The notes: generated from the letters alone by a model not told the origin. DNA of 64,000 nt from a virus (IMGVR_UViG_3300031998_000052:12631-76630), one strand, 5' to 3'. Shown: positions 20,429-29,260, counted from the first letter of the stretch. Program-made: numbers and translations.

Positions 20429-20826
20429 TATCTGAAAAAGACTTTGTAGGCCGCGATCAGAAGCAATACAGTCATAACAATAATCACCGCGTTAATAATA
20501 TATGCTTCCGATACGGTCAGGGTTATGATATAGCAATCAATAAAGCCCACAATTTGCGGAATTGCGGGAAGAATACATGCTGTCTTGTGCCATTTACAAA
20601 GGCGGAGGAGTTTGGATAGAATTAAAAACGCAACGATACAAACAGGGGAAATGTAGAACAGTGTATCAAGTTGCGATTGGGCCTCCTCTGGAATGAAATT
20701 ATAGACGGACAGAGTGACGATGCTGAGCGCTGAATAGACGAAAGGAAGAACTTGCACCGCTGTTGTTACACGGCGCAACGTATCAACGAGTCTTTTAAGA
20801 TCTGCTCTTCGGTCTTGGTTGTCCAT
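20428..20826 (-). CDS. Four-TM membrane protein
   Basis: Four hydrophobic segments; AT-rich. Confidence 0.65.
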   Translation of the reverse strand: MDNQDRRADLKRLVDTLRRVTTAVQVLPFVYSALSIVTLSVYNFIPEEAQSQLDTLFYISPVCIVAFLILSKLLRLCKWHKTACILPAIPQIVGFIDCYIITLTVSEAYIINAVIIVMTVLLLIAAYKVFFR

Positions 20827-20985
20827 TCTGCGTAGTCTCTACCCTTACGGTCAACTGCGCCTTTGTCTGGAACATCCTTTTTCCTTTTGGCTTCCCAGCG
20901 GCGCCGGTGACACGAATAGTGCTACTTGCAACTTTCGTGCCACTCTTGCCGGACCTTGCCGTTATTTTGACGCCTGCTTTACCCA

Positions 20986-21621
20986 TTACCTAAGAATCAG
21001 ATTGTAGGAGGCCGTAAACTCGGCCGAGAAGCCATGCTGGAAGGATTTGTCGGCGAATGTCATGCCGTAGCCGACGGACGGCGAGAACTGCCAGCGCCCG
21101 GACCAGAAGTCCGCCCGGATGCCGGCCCCCAGGTAGAAAGTCCCGGGAAGGTAGAGGCGGCCGCCCACGAAGGGAGACAACGCGAACTTCGGTGGAACCG
21201 GATAGGTATCGGTGATATACTTCGTTTCCTGGAAGGACTTGTGCCAAAGCATCTTCACATCATATCCAGTAGCCTCGCACTCGTAGGTCTTGTTGTCCGT
21301 GAAGTGATACCTGGATATCGGGACGGCGATGTAAGAGGTGTCGTGGTACGTGACGATCTTCGGCTTTGCAGACAGAGAATCGCGGAACTCGGCCAGGGCC
21401 TTCTCGTAATCCTCGATCTGAGAAACGGGGACGAGTTTGAATCCGGCCGGAATTGACGTCTCCTGTGGCTTGTAGTCGGTTATCGTGTCGCGGATGGTAA
21501 CAGTGTCCTTCTGCGGCACGGGAATGTTCCTGAGCGCGTTTCTGCGCCCAGAAAGGAAACCTGCCCCGAAAAGCAGGAGCAGGATTCCAAGGAAGATGAG
21601 GACGTCTTTAACCTTGTCCAT
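20986..21621 (-). CDS. Membrane-anchored lysis-cassette protein (spanin-like candidate)
   Basis: N-terminal TM, DTVTIRDTI, beta-rich C-terminus; lies downstream of the amidase. Confidence 0.6.
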   Translation of the reverse strand: MDKVKDVLIFLGILLLLFGAGFLSGRRNALRNIPVPQKDTVTIRDTITDYKPQETSIPAGFKLVPVSQIEDYEKALAEFRDSLSAKPKIVTYHDTSYIAVPISRYHFTDNKTYECEATGYDVKMLWHKSFQETKYITDTYPVPPKFALSPFVGGRLYLPGTFYLGAGIRADFWSGRWQFSPSVGYGMTFADKSFQHGFSAEFTASYNLILR

Positions 21622-21794
21622 TATCCAATGAGACCGTTAAAGAACTTCTTGGCCGTAGGGAAGGCCATTGCGGCCAAAGCGACGACACAGATGGCGATGA
21701 ACCAGGCTTTGCAGTAGGCTGCGTAGCCGAAGCCACCGATGGCGCCCACGGCATAGGCGCAAAGGCCAAAGAAATAACCGAATTTTTTGAGCAT
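21621..21794 (-). CDS. 57-aa two-TM holin candidate (not in ORF track)
   Basis: Hand translation MLKKFGYFFGLCAYAVGAIGGFGYAAYCKAWFIAICVVALAAMAFPTAKKFFNGLIG; TAATG overlap. Confidence 0.6.
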   Translation of the reverse strand: MLKKFGYFFGLCAYAVGAIGGFGYAAYCKAWFIAICVVALAAMAFPTAKKFFNGLIG

Positions 21795-21802
21795 AGTTGA
21801 GA

Positions 21803-22102
21803 TTATTTAATGAATGGCCACACCAGCGTACCGATGACGCAGTAAAGCCACTCGGGTTTGTCACAGGGGTTGTCGAAGTCACAATCCTTCGTCTGACTCC
21901 GCTTGTAGTGGAGGCCATATAGGGCATTGTGAGTCGCCCACTCCTTTTTCAGTGAATTGTCCGTCCGCTCGAAGATCTTCTTCTTTCCGTGGATGGACTT
22001 GATTTGGTTGAGCGTCTTCTGGAAATCCGCTTTCGGGACAGTATAACTGTCGTAGATGGTCAGGACCGAGCCGTCCTCGCCGCTGAATTTGTACTTTACC
22101 AT
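21803..22102 (-). CDS. Hypothetical protein
   Basis: ORF in the lysis cassette. Confidence 0.6.
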   Translation of the reverse strand: MVKYKFSGEDGSVLTIYDSYTVPKADFQKTLNQIKSIHGKKKIFERTDNSLKKEWATHNALYGLHYKRSQTKDCDFDNPCDKPEWLYCVIGTLVWPFIK

Positions 22103-22218
22103 AGTTATGCGATTTTTAAGATGGAATCCTTGTGGCGAGGTTGAACGTCAAGCAAAGGAGCCTGGCATCGTACCCAACGACGTTGAATACCATGCCAGGT
22201 GTTACCTTCGTTATCTGA

Positions 22219-22869
22219 CTACTTCCTTCCATATTTGGCAATATAGTCCTCAATGCCCTGGACGTGAATATGGATCATGGCGCCCAGGCCGGCATCGGAT
22301 TTCAGAAACTCAACGTCATCCTTGTTGTCCTGGAACAGGTTCTCTGTGAGAACGGCAGGGCATGACGTGTGGCGTAGGATGTAGAAGGCAGACTCAATGT
22401 CAGGATCTCCGTCGGTATAGTCCGTTCTGATAGGCTTCTGCTTCCCGCCATTCTTGAACTTTTTGGTGTAGCCTGCCTTCTCCAATTCGGTGACGGCAAC
22501 GGCATGGATACAGGTGGCCAGATCGTCCGCTTTCGTCTTCCCTGGTGACGTATAGACGCACCATCCCTGGGCGTCATGCCACTGCCGGTCCGACTTGGCT
22601 GCGTTCACGTGGACGGAAACCAGGATGGCATCCTTTACCTTGTTTGCGCGGCGCACACGCTCCTCCAGGGAGACGTCCCTGTCTTCCGGTACGAGCAGTT
22701 CTGCATCATATCCATCAAACGTGAGAACAGAAACGATGCCCTGAGCACACTTACGCGCCCACTCATACTCGCGAAAGTAGAGCGGGCTGTTTTTGAGGCC
22801 ATTGGAAGCGTCCGGGGAACATTTCCCGGGAGTATCTATTCCGTGGCCATTGTCAACCCAGATTTTCAT
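22219..22869 (-). CDS. Endolysin, N-acetylmuramoyl-L-alanine amidase (Amidase_3)
   Basis: DNGHG, SLEERVRRAN, VSVHVNA, PAVLTENLF. Confidence 0.92.
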   Translation of the reverse strand: MKIWVDNGHGIDTPGKCSPDASNGLKNSPLYFREYEWARKCAQGIVSVLTFDGYDAELLVPEDRDVSLEERVRRANKVKDAILVSVHVNAAKSDRQWHDAQGWCVYTSPGKTKADDLATCIHAVAVTELEKAGYTKKFKNGGKQKPIRTDYTDGDPDIESAFYILRHTSCPAVLTENLFQDNKDDVEFLKSDAGLGAMIHIHVQGIEDYIAKYGRK

Positions 22870-22893
22870 ATTTATGTGAGTTGTTTCTATGTT

Positions 22894-23907
22894 TTATATG
22901 TTACTAATTATCGTAGCCCAAGGTAAATTAGGAATATCTCCAGACGTAATAAAGGCATAAGATTGGCTGTTATTCACTCGAATAACGACCTCAATCAACC
23001 CTCCGTTTTTCGGCCTACGATACGTACTCAATGACGTCCTTATGTATGCTTGGTTCTCTATATTTATGGCGTCACTGCAAATATACCCGCCACTTGTCAC
23101 GTTTATATGTAATCCGCCACCCCAATCATAACCAAACGGGAAATATGGGACAAGGAAAGAAAACCTACATCCATCGAGATCGCTGTTCGCCGGTATATGA
23201 ATATGAACACCATCGCTGTATTGTGACACCTGGCCGGTCAAGTCAATAAATTTTGCCGACGTGGATTTCAACTGATAATGATTTTCTGTTGTATTATGAG
23301 ACGAGCCATAGTTCACGACCTCAGAATACATATAAGTTAAATCGGAATTACCTAAAGCCACAAACGGTATGCGAAGACCTCCAGCAAATTCACCGCCATT
23401 GCAAAATAGATTTCCATTTTTATCAAATTTGGTTTTTGCATTAGCAGCAAGCGTTGAACCGAGAAAAAGAGGATAGTTCGTATCACCGCCCATGTCTGCC
23501 ACAACGGTATCACCATTTTTGACCTGAACGTGTTTTGCTACAAGGCTATTCACGTCGATATAGTCTGCTGATATTGCCTGCGCCAGAAGAACCGGCGTTA
23601 CTATCGGCTGGAACTGGTTTACATCCTCCCAGTACGTGTTGTCACTGAGAGGAATCAACTGATGGTCGGCCTGGTGTGTAATCTTGCATTTTCTGGCCAC
23701 GAAAGACGAATCGCCAATCATAGCCATTCCCATATTGCAAGCCACGTCAATTATGCGAACACCATCCGTCTCAAGAGAAGAGTCGTTCCTGTATTCCTTT
23801 CCGTCTTCCCAGAGAGAAATACGATAGGTAATACCTCCATTTCCGGTATCACCCTTTCTGGCCCTTGCGACAGTCTGACTGCCTTTAACCTTGACCGTGC
23901 CTGCCAT
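22894..23907 (-). CDS. Tail fibre/receptor-binding protein with AT-rich C-terminal half
   Basis: Start reassigned to MAGTVKVKG (ATG 23907); KGDTG motif; ISADYIDVNSLVAK; composition shift near 23560. Confidence 0.6.
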   Translation of the reverse strand: MAGTVKVKGSQTVARARKGDTGNGGITYRISLWEDGKEYRNDSSLETDGVRIIDVACNMGMAMIGDSSFVARKCKITHQADHQLIPLSDNTYWEDVNQFQPIVTPVLLAQAISADYIDVNSLVAKHVQVKNGDTVVADMGGDTNYPLFLGSTLAANAKTKFDKNGNLFCNGGEFAGGLRIPFVALGNSDLTYMYSEVVNYGSSHNTTENHYQLKSTSAKFIDLTGQVSQYSDGVHIHIPANSDLDGCRFSFLVPYFPFGYDWGGGLHINVTSGGYICSDAINIENQAYIRTSLSTYRRPKNGGLIEVVIRVNNSQSYAFITSGDIPNLPWATIISNI

Positions 23908-23914
23908 AAGACTC

Positions 23915-24262
23915 CTAATTATCGAGAGAATCCATGACCACATGGGCAATCTCCTTTGCTTTAGCCCTCCACTCCTGGAAAGCCTCCAGTTCGGCGGCGT
24001 GTTCGGGAGTATCGGAGCCATTGGCCAGGATAGCCTCCACCTGGTCCTGAGGGAACTTGTCGCGGACGATAGCAGACACGATCTTGCCGTATTCGACGGC
24101 CCCTTCGATGTCCACGTTCTCGAAGACCAGGACTTCAATTTCCTCTCCGTCCACTTCCTTGGTCTCCGTGTCGTAATCGAAGTTGATGCGGGTGATAGCG
24201 CCCTCGCGGAGCACTACGACGCCAGCGGGGACTTCCCCGTTGTAATCAGCATATACTTTCAT
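23915..24262 (-). CDS. Small tail-region protein
   Basis: YGKIVSAIVRDKF...FQEWRAKAK, resembling small tail-fibre-associated proteins. Confidence 0.7.
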   Translation of the reverse strand: MKVYADYNGEVPAGVVVLREGAITRINFDYDTETKEVDGEEIEVLVFENVDIEGAVEYGKIVSAIVRDKFPQDQVEAILANGSDTPEHAAELEAFQEWRAKAKEIAHVVMDSLDN

Positions 24263-24829
24263 AAGTCTATAAATTTGTACGTGAATTTTCCTCTTCCGAG
24301 ATCGACGCGGGTGATGCCCACGTTTTCGACCGGAAACACTTTTTGACCGGCCTGCTCTGCCTTCCGGCAGTCATCCAGGATGTTCTTCATCTGGAACGAA
24401 CTGATGGTGAACTTAATCTTCTCTCCGTCTTCCTTCTTCACCATGACCATGTACCGGTCGGTGTTCATCTTGGACGGGTCCCGCAGGTCCGGCGTTGGCA
24501 CGTTGGCCTCAAAATCAAGGACCGTGAGGCGCTGGTTCAGCACCTCAAGGATGTTACCTTTCCGGCACTCAAAGAACTTCTTCCCGTCCTTTGAACTGGC
24601 CTTCTCGATAGATATTCCTTTCTCAGCGAATCCCATGATTGGTTGTCCTGTTATTGTTTTCCAGAGTTGGGCGCAGTCTCCATACATGCACAAGCCCCGG
24701 TAACTGTCAATAATTTCCTTTCCTCTTCGACCGCTTGGCCTTGCCGCCTTTCTGAGAGCGCTGGATGGCTAACCGCAAGTTATCCTCGTCCGCAACCTTC
24801 TCCAGGATATGCCCTACTTTTTTCGTCAT
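24259..24829 (-). pseudogene. DGR reverse transcriptase remnant with internal deletion and frameshift, in frame with a ~125-aa C-terminal domain
   Basis: ATG 24829 gives MTKKVGHILEKVADEDNLRLAIQRSQKGGKAKRSK (RT N-terminus-like), stopping at 24707; another frame gives KEIIDSYRGLCMYGDCAQLWKTIT (RT C-terminus-like); no YxDD core between them. Confidence 0.8.
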
Positions 24830-24830
24830 A

Positions 24831-24838
24831 CAAAGATA
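24831..24838 (-). promoter_or_regulatory. Bacteroidota -7 box directly before the RT start
   Basis: TATCTTTG-T-ATG. Confidence 0.6.
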
Positions 24839-24839
24839 C

Positions 24840-25112
24840 GCATTTTTTTATTCCCTGCAATAGTGATACTGCCCGGGACGTTCGAGAGTGTCCATCGGGG
24901 TTCCACGCACGACGCTTACAACGCGCCGGTCAATGGGAACCACACGCTCGGACAAACCTACATTAGCCCCGCTCGCAGGCCCATACCTCCGGGCCGCTCT
25001 CCCGCATACGAGATGTTCTGACTCTCCGGCGCGACCTGCCGCCGGGGTCAAGGCTGAGGAGGTTCGCCGGCCGGTGTCTATCCGGCAAGGCGATGAAACA
25101 GGGTTTTCACTT
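24840..25112 (-). ncRNA. DGR RNA spacer between TR and RT
   Basis: GC-rich non-coding stretch with several short inverted repeats, in the position of the DGR spacer. Confidence 0.5.
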
Positions 25113-25223
25113 TGTATGGCGGGCGCCGATGTTCGAGTTCGCGTTCGACCAGGCGTTGTTCGAGTTCACGTAGAGCGGCCCCGACTCCGACCCGATAATC
25201 GAGCCACCGCCGACGAGGCAGAC
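25113..25223 (-). repeat. DGR template repeat (TR)
   Basis: AAC-rich (GTG AAC TCG AAC AAC GCC TGG TCG AAC GCG AAC TCG AAC ATC GGC GCC CGC); VR frame has an upstream stop and no start; aligns to both VRs. Confidence 0.95.
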
Positions 25224-25367
25224 CGAAAGAACTGGAACCACCGAGCGTACTATACCCCCTCCTGCCTACCACAAATCGGGCGCGGATGCAGCCGCCTTAG
25301 GAGCGACTGCCCCGTGCGTCCGTTGTGGATTTGGGTTGGTAAAGATGTTTCAAAGAACTACTGATTT

Positions 25368-26684
25368 TTACAGATCGGCCCCATCTACAATGGTCACTGG
25401 ACCATAATATGCAGGGCGGGCGCCGAGGGCCGAGGCCGAGCCCAACCAGGAGTAGGTCGAGTTCACGCAGAGCGGCCCCGACTGCGACCCGTAATTCGAG
25501 CCGCCGCCGACAAGGCAGACCTGGCCTGTGGCGTTGCCATAGAAGTAGTCAGACCAGGACTTGTTGCTGTCGCCACCCGTCACGGAAGTGGCAATCATGT
25601 CGAAGTATTCACCCTTGGTCATGACCTTGACATATCCCGAGGTGGTCAGGCGAGTCAGTTCGCGTAACTCACCGTCCGGATGGGAGGCAAGTTCGGAGGA
25701 AGAAGGAAGGCGGTTGCCCTTGTAGATATACACCTCGTCACCGTCCTGCCCGGAGTTGCCGCTGTTACCGAAGAAGATACCCTGGACAAACTCCCACTGG
25801 AGGTTCCACCAGTCCTCGATACCCAGAACAGAGACGTGCGTGGAATCGGCGTTGGCACCAGATGCGATGGCCACCGTACCGGAGGCATCACCCAGGTCCT
25901 TCGTCAGACCGGTAGTCTTGAGGACGGTCGATGCGTTCACGGTATCCCAGGAGAGACCGGAGGCACCACCTACGCCCTGACCGAGGCTGGCCTGTGCGTT
26001 TGCGTTACCCTGGGCCTCAGACAGGCACATAATCTCGAACCAGCGCAGGCAGTCGTAGTCCTTGAGGCCCCAGTTGGCACCGAAGGACTGGGCTGCGCTG
26101 AAATAGTCGCTGATGGTCTTGGACGAGGTGTCGAAGGTGACACCGGAACGGGACACCAGTTTTCCGCTGGCCAGGGAGCCTTTGTAGGCGCCGATGACCA
26201 TCCGCTTTCCATTGTCCGCGTTCGCGAGATAGTGGCCGGAGATGGGGAACTCTGAGCACCACAGGTACGGGATGCTCGTCTCGGCGTCCGTCACCACCAG
26301 GTAGTACAGACGGGGAGCGATGACAACCACGGAACCCCTGGTCTCGTCCAGGGTCGTACCGTCGGCGAAGACACCGGAGTTGTTCTTGTGCAGTTTGGCC
26401 GCACGACCGTTGGCATCCATCAGATACCGGCCCACCTTTGCCTTGTAGGAGTTGTAAGCCGCGATGTTGCCGATCATGCCCCAGGCGGGGCTGGTCTGCG
26501 TTGCGTCCTTGAGAGGGAATCCCCACGCTACCTGGTGGAGAAGTTCCGCCTGGCCTTCGTTCATGGCCGTCTCGAAGTCCTCCATCGAGATTCGGCGGAT
26601 GGACCCGCCGATCTCGACGATGAGGCTGTTCGATTTCAGCATGGACGAAACAGACGTTGCTGTTGCTAAATTCTTGTTTGCCAT
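25368..26684 (-). CDS. DGR target tail/receptor-binding protein with C-terminal CLec-fold VR1
   Basis: GIEDWWNLQWEFVQG and VCLVGGGSNYGSQSGPLCVNSTYSWLGSASALGARPAY. Confidence 0.88.
   Translation of the reverse strand: MANKNLATATSVSSMLKSNSLIVEIGGSIRRISMEDFETAMNEGQAELLHQVAWGFPLKDATQTSPAWGMIGNIAAYNSYKAKVGRYLMDANGRAAKLHKNNSGVFADGTTLDETRGSVVVIAPRLYYLVVTDAETSIPYLWCSEFPISGHYLANADNGKRMVIGAYKGSLASGKLVSRSGVTFDTSSKTISDYFSAAQSFGANWGLKDYDCLRWFEIMCLSEAQGNANAQASLGQGVGGASGLSWDTVNASTVLKTTGLTKDLGDASGTVAIASGANADSTHVSVLGIEDWWNLQWEFVQGIFFGNSGNSGQDGDEVYIYKGNRLPSSSELASHPDGELRELTRLTTSGYVKVMTKGEYFDMIATSVTGGDSNKSWSDYFYGNATGQVCLVGGGSNYGSQSGPLCVNSTYSWLGSASALGARPAYYGPVTIVDGADL
25410..25520 (-). repeat. DGR variable repeat VR1
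   Basis: 111-nt ungapped match to TR; 21 mismatches, 13 at TR adenines. Confidence 0.9.
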
Positions 26685-26700
26685 AACTTATGAAATTGGT

Positions 26701-27804
26701 TTACATTGTCCATTCAACCTCGGACACAACAACCACGTCCTTCTCGACGCCCTGGATGTCGGTCTCCGTGGTGGTTATGCTCACCAGGTTCGTGGCCCCG
26801 GTGTTGTAACTGGAGGCGGGAACCCTCTTGCGCTCCACCCAGCCGTCCGGGTCCATGACGTGAGACACCCAGTGGGCGGACGTGATGGTGGTCAGTTCGG
26901 TGTTGGTCCGCACGTTCACCACGTAAGCCTGGAGATAGACCGGCTTGTTCGCGTCAACCTCGCGGTTGGGCGTTCCGGTGGTCGTTCCGTCTGAGTTGCA
27001 GTAACGGTGCTCCACGTGATAGTCATCGAGCGTGTCGATGATGCGGATACCGGACCGGTAGATGGGGTCTGCTCCGTTCTCGTAGTCCGTCTGGCTCTTG
27101 TAGAACTCCGCGATGAACAGTTGGGTGCCGTCCACGTCCGCACGGGTGACGGTGATGCTGGCCTGGCCCAGTTTCTCGGACCAGTGCTTATCGTCCTTGT
27201 ACCACTTCACGTAGTAGCCGCTCTGGACGGTTCCACCCAGGTACAGGGCCGTGTTCACGGTGGTCTGGGTGACGGATGCGGTCAACTGCTCGGTGGTCGC
27301 ATTGATCGAGCCGTAGTACGAGGAGGCACCGACGCTCTGGATCTGAATGTCCACGCTCTTGGTCAGGTTGTACTCGACACCGGCCCCTGCGGCCACGCAG
27401 GTATAGGTGAGGGAGTCGGAGGCCACGTTCGTTGTGCTCGCCAGGTCCCCGATGATTGCAAGGGCGCCACTCTGGGCCATTGCAAAACGACCGTCGTTGC
27501 TGGCCTTCGTGTACACGACACCACCGATAGTGACCGTGCTGCCCGTGAAGGTCAAGGCCACGTTGTTGTAGGACCAGGCGTGATGGCTCAGCGTGACTGT
27601 GTTGCCACGGGCCGACGTGACATGGGGTGTGATGATAGGAGTCACCTGGCCGGTCCCGGTTCCCCAGGACGGGGTGACTACGCCGGTAACGGGGTCAACG
27701 CCCTGGTAGAGCGGCACGCCGTTGTTACCGAAAGTGATGAAGAAGGTATCACCGTTGCGCAGGCGCTTGACCGTGATACTGTTTTGTGCGCTGTAATTGT
27801 CCAT
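26701..27804 (-). CDS. Tail structural protein (Ig-like beta repeats)
   Basis: Thr/Val/Ser-rich; YYVKWYKDD...ITVTRADVDG; tail operon position. Confidence 0.65.
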   Translation of the reverse strand: MDNYSAQNSITVKRLRNGDTFFITFGNNGVPLYQGVDPVTGVVTPSWGTGTGQVTPIITPHVTSARGNTVTLSHHAWSYNNVALTFTGSTVTIGGVVYTKASNDGRFAMAQSGALAIIGDLASTTNVASDSLTYTCVAAGAGVEYNLTKSVDIQIQSVGASSYYGSINATTEQLTASVTQTTVNTALYLGGTVQSGYYVKWYKDDKHWSEKLGQASITVTRADVDGTQLFIAEFYKSQTDYENGADPIYRSGIRIIDTLDDYHVEHRYCNSDGTTTGTPNREVDANKPVYLQAYVVNVRTNTELTTITSAHWVSHVMDPDGWVERKRVPASSYNTGATNLVSITTTETDIQGVEKDVVVVSEVEWTM

Positions 27805-28013
27805 TACCAGTCTCCTTTTATGATTAGTTGCTTGATTTCAAATACGTCATAGATCTTCCCGTCGATGACACTCGCCCGTTCCTCAAGCGTCTCTCCGGGC
27901 AGGATGTTCAGGTCCTTCTCGTTGACTATGACGCGATCGCCGTTGACACGGCACCCCTTGATGGAGATACCGGCGCCAGCGGTCTTCTGTCGGTCTGCTA
28001 TGATGTACAACAT
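27804..28013 (-). CDS. Small tail-region protein
   Basis: Coupled ORF. Confidence 0.65.
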   Translation of the reverse strand: MLYIIADRQKTAGAGISIKGCRVNGDRVIVNEKDLNILPGETLEERASVIDGKIYDVFEIKQLIIKGDW

Positions 28014-28015
28014 GA

Positions 28016-29260
28016 CTAATTGAAGATTAAGGTGTTACCGTTCTCGTCAACGAAGATGTCACCGTTCGAGTCGATGGCTACATCGTGGGCTGGCTTGATC
28101 TCGCCCTCAGCCTGGATCTCCATCCAGGAATCATTGTAGGTCTTGCCGATTCCAGTCTTCTCGATCATGAAGATGGTCTTCTGACCCTCGTTGTGGTACA
28201 AATGCTGTTTGTTCACGGTGTCCGTGTACCATTCGATCTTAATGATGCTCTCAGGCTCCTCCACCACTTTGCCGTCAGAGGAGCACATTACCTCGTCGTA
28301 GCGCTCCGTGTCGCTCGGAAGGACGCTCGCGCCGTTCATAGGCACTGGGTTGAAGTCCTGATAGACGCGGTTCACGCTGAACTGCAACTGCGGGTTCGGA
28401 TGGTTGCTGTTCGACAGCACGGCGCGCACCAGGAAGTCCTGTTTGGTGATGAGCCGCAGATCCAGGACGATGGACGAGTTGCTGATGCTCAGCACCTCCT
28501 TGTTGGCCGCAGCCGTTAGTTCCGTGAACGTGCTGGCCCCGTCAACCCGGTACAACTTGACGGTGAACCCGGTCGTGATGACCTCGCCACCCTTGTACAC
28601 CTGGACCGGGATGGTGCGCTTGTATGCGTTCTCGTCAGTGGCCGCAGCCTCGGCAGCAGCACTGGCCATAATCTTCCCGTGAGCCACCTTGTATTCGTAC
28701 AGGTGGAGTTTGTCCTTGAAGGGATTGTACTGGATGATCTGGTCCTCGCCGATGCTGATGCTGAATCCGTCCTCAGACACGTCTTCCGTCGAGAGGATGA
28801 TGGCATCCGTCTTGATTGGAATCAGCGTGCCCAGGCGGTTGTCAGCAATCACACCCTCGAAGCGCAGGCTGTACTGCTTGTCCGGAGACACGTTCTGCCG
28901 GATAGTGATGGCCCCACGGTAGTTGGTGCTCGAAGTGTCAATCTCGTACTTCGCATCACCGGCACCGTTGTTGCCCTGCCAGTCAGGATGCTGAGAGATC
29001 TCCACATCGTTCACGTACCAGTGCATCTCCGTCAGCAGCATGTTCGCATACTGATTGTGCCACGACCCGTCAGCAGCGTTGGCAATCACCTCCGGCCAGA
29101 ACTGGGAAGGGTTGACCTCACGGTCCGGTTCGTACTGACTCTGCACATTTCGAGAATTGAACACCTGCAAAGCCGGGCGAGTGGGCGTAGTGCACTGTAT
29201 GGAAACGGCTACGTTCAATGGAGCGTAGTCAACCCTGATTCGTTTCTTGTTGCTTTGCAT
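28016..29260 (-). CDS. Tail structural protein
   Basis: 414-aa beta-rich ORF in the tail operon. Confidence 0.65.
   Translation of the reverse strand: MQSNKKRIRVDYAPLNVAVSIQCTTPTRPALQVFNSRNVQSQYEPDREVNPSQFWPEVIANAADGSWHNQYANMLLTEMHWYVNDVEISQHPDWQGNNGAGDAKYEIDTSSTNYRGAITIRQNVSPDKQYSLRFEGVIADNRLGTLIPIKTDAIILSTEDVSEDGFSISIGEDQIIQYNPFKDKLHLYEYKVAHGKIMASAAAEAAATDENAYKRTIPVQVYKGGEVITTGFTVKLYRVDGASTFTELTAAANKEVLSISNSSIVLDLRLITKQDFLVRAVLSNSNHPNPQLQFSVNRVYQDFNPVPMNGASVLPSDTERYDEVMCSSDGKVVEEPESIIKIEWYTDTVNKQHLYHNEGQKTIFMIEKTGIGKTYNDSWMEIQAEGEIKPAHDVAIDSNGDIFVDENGNTLIFN

Noticed and set aside
24259-24829. RT remnant as a group II intron or retron
   Set aside because: The adjacent TR and adenine-mismatched VRs identify DGR context; no intron domain V or msr/msd pattern was seen
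25078-25272. 64-aa ORF over TR, or TR as a third target gene
   Set aside because: The ORF is not in the VR frame; the VR frame has an upstream TAG and no start codon; the AAC-rich 3' part marks it as the template
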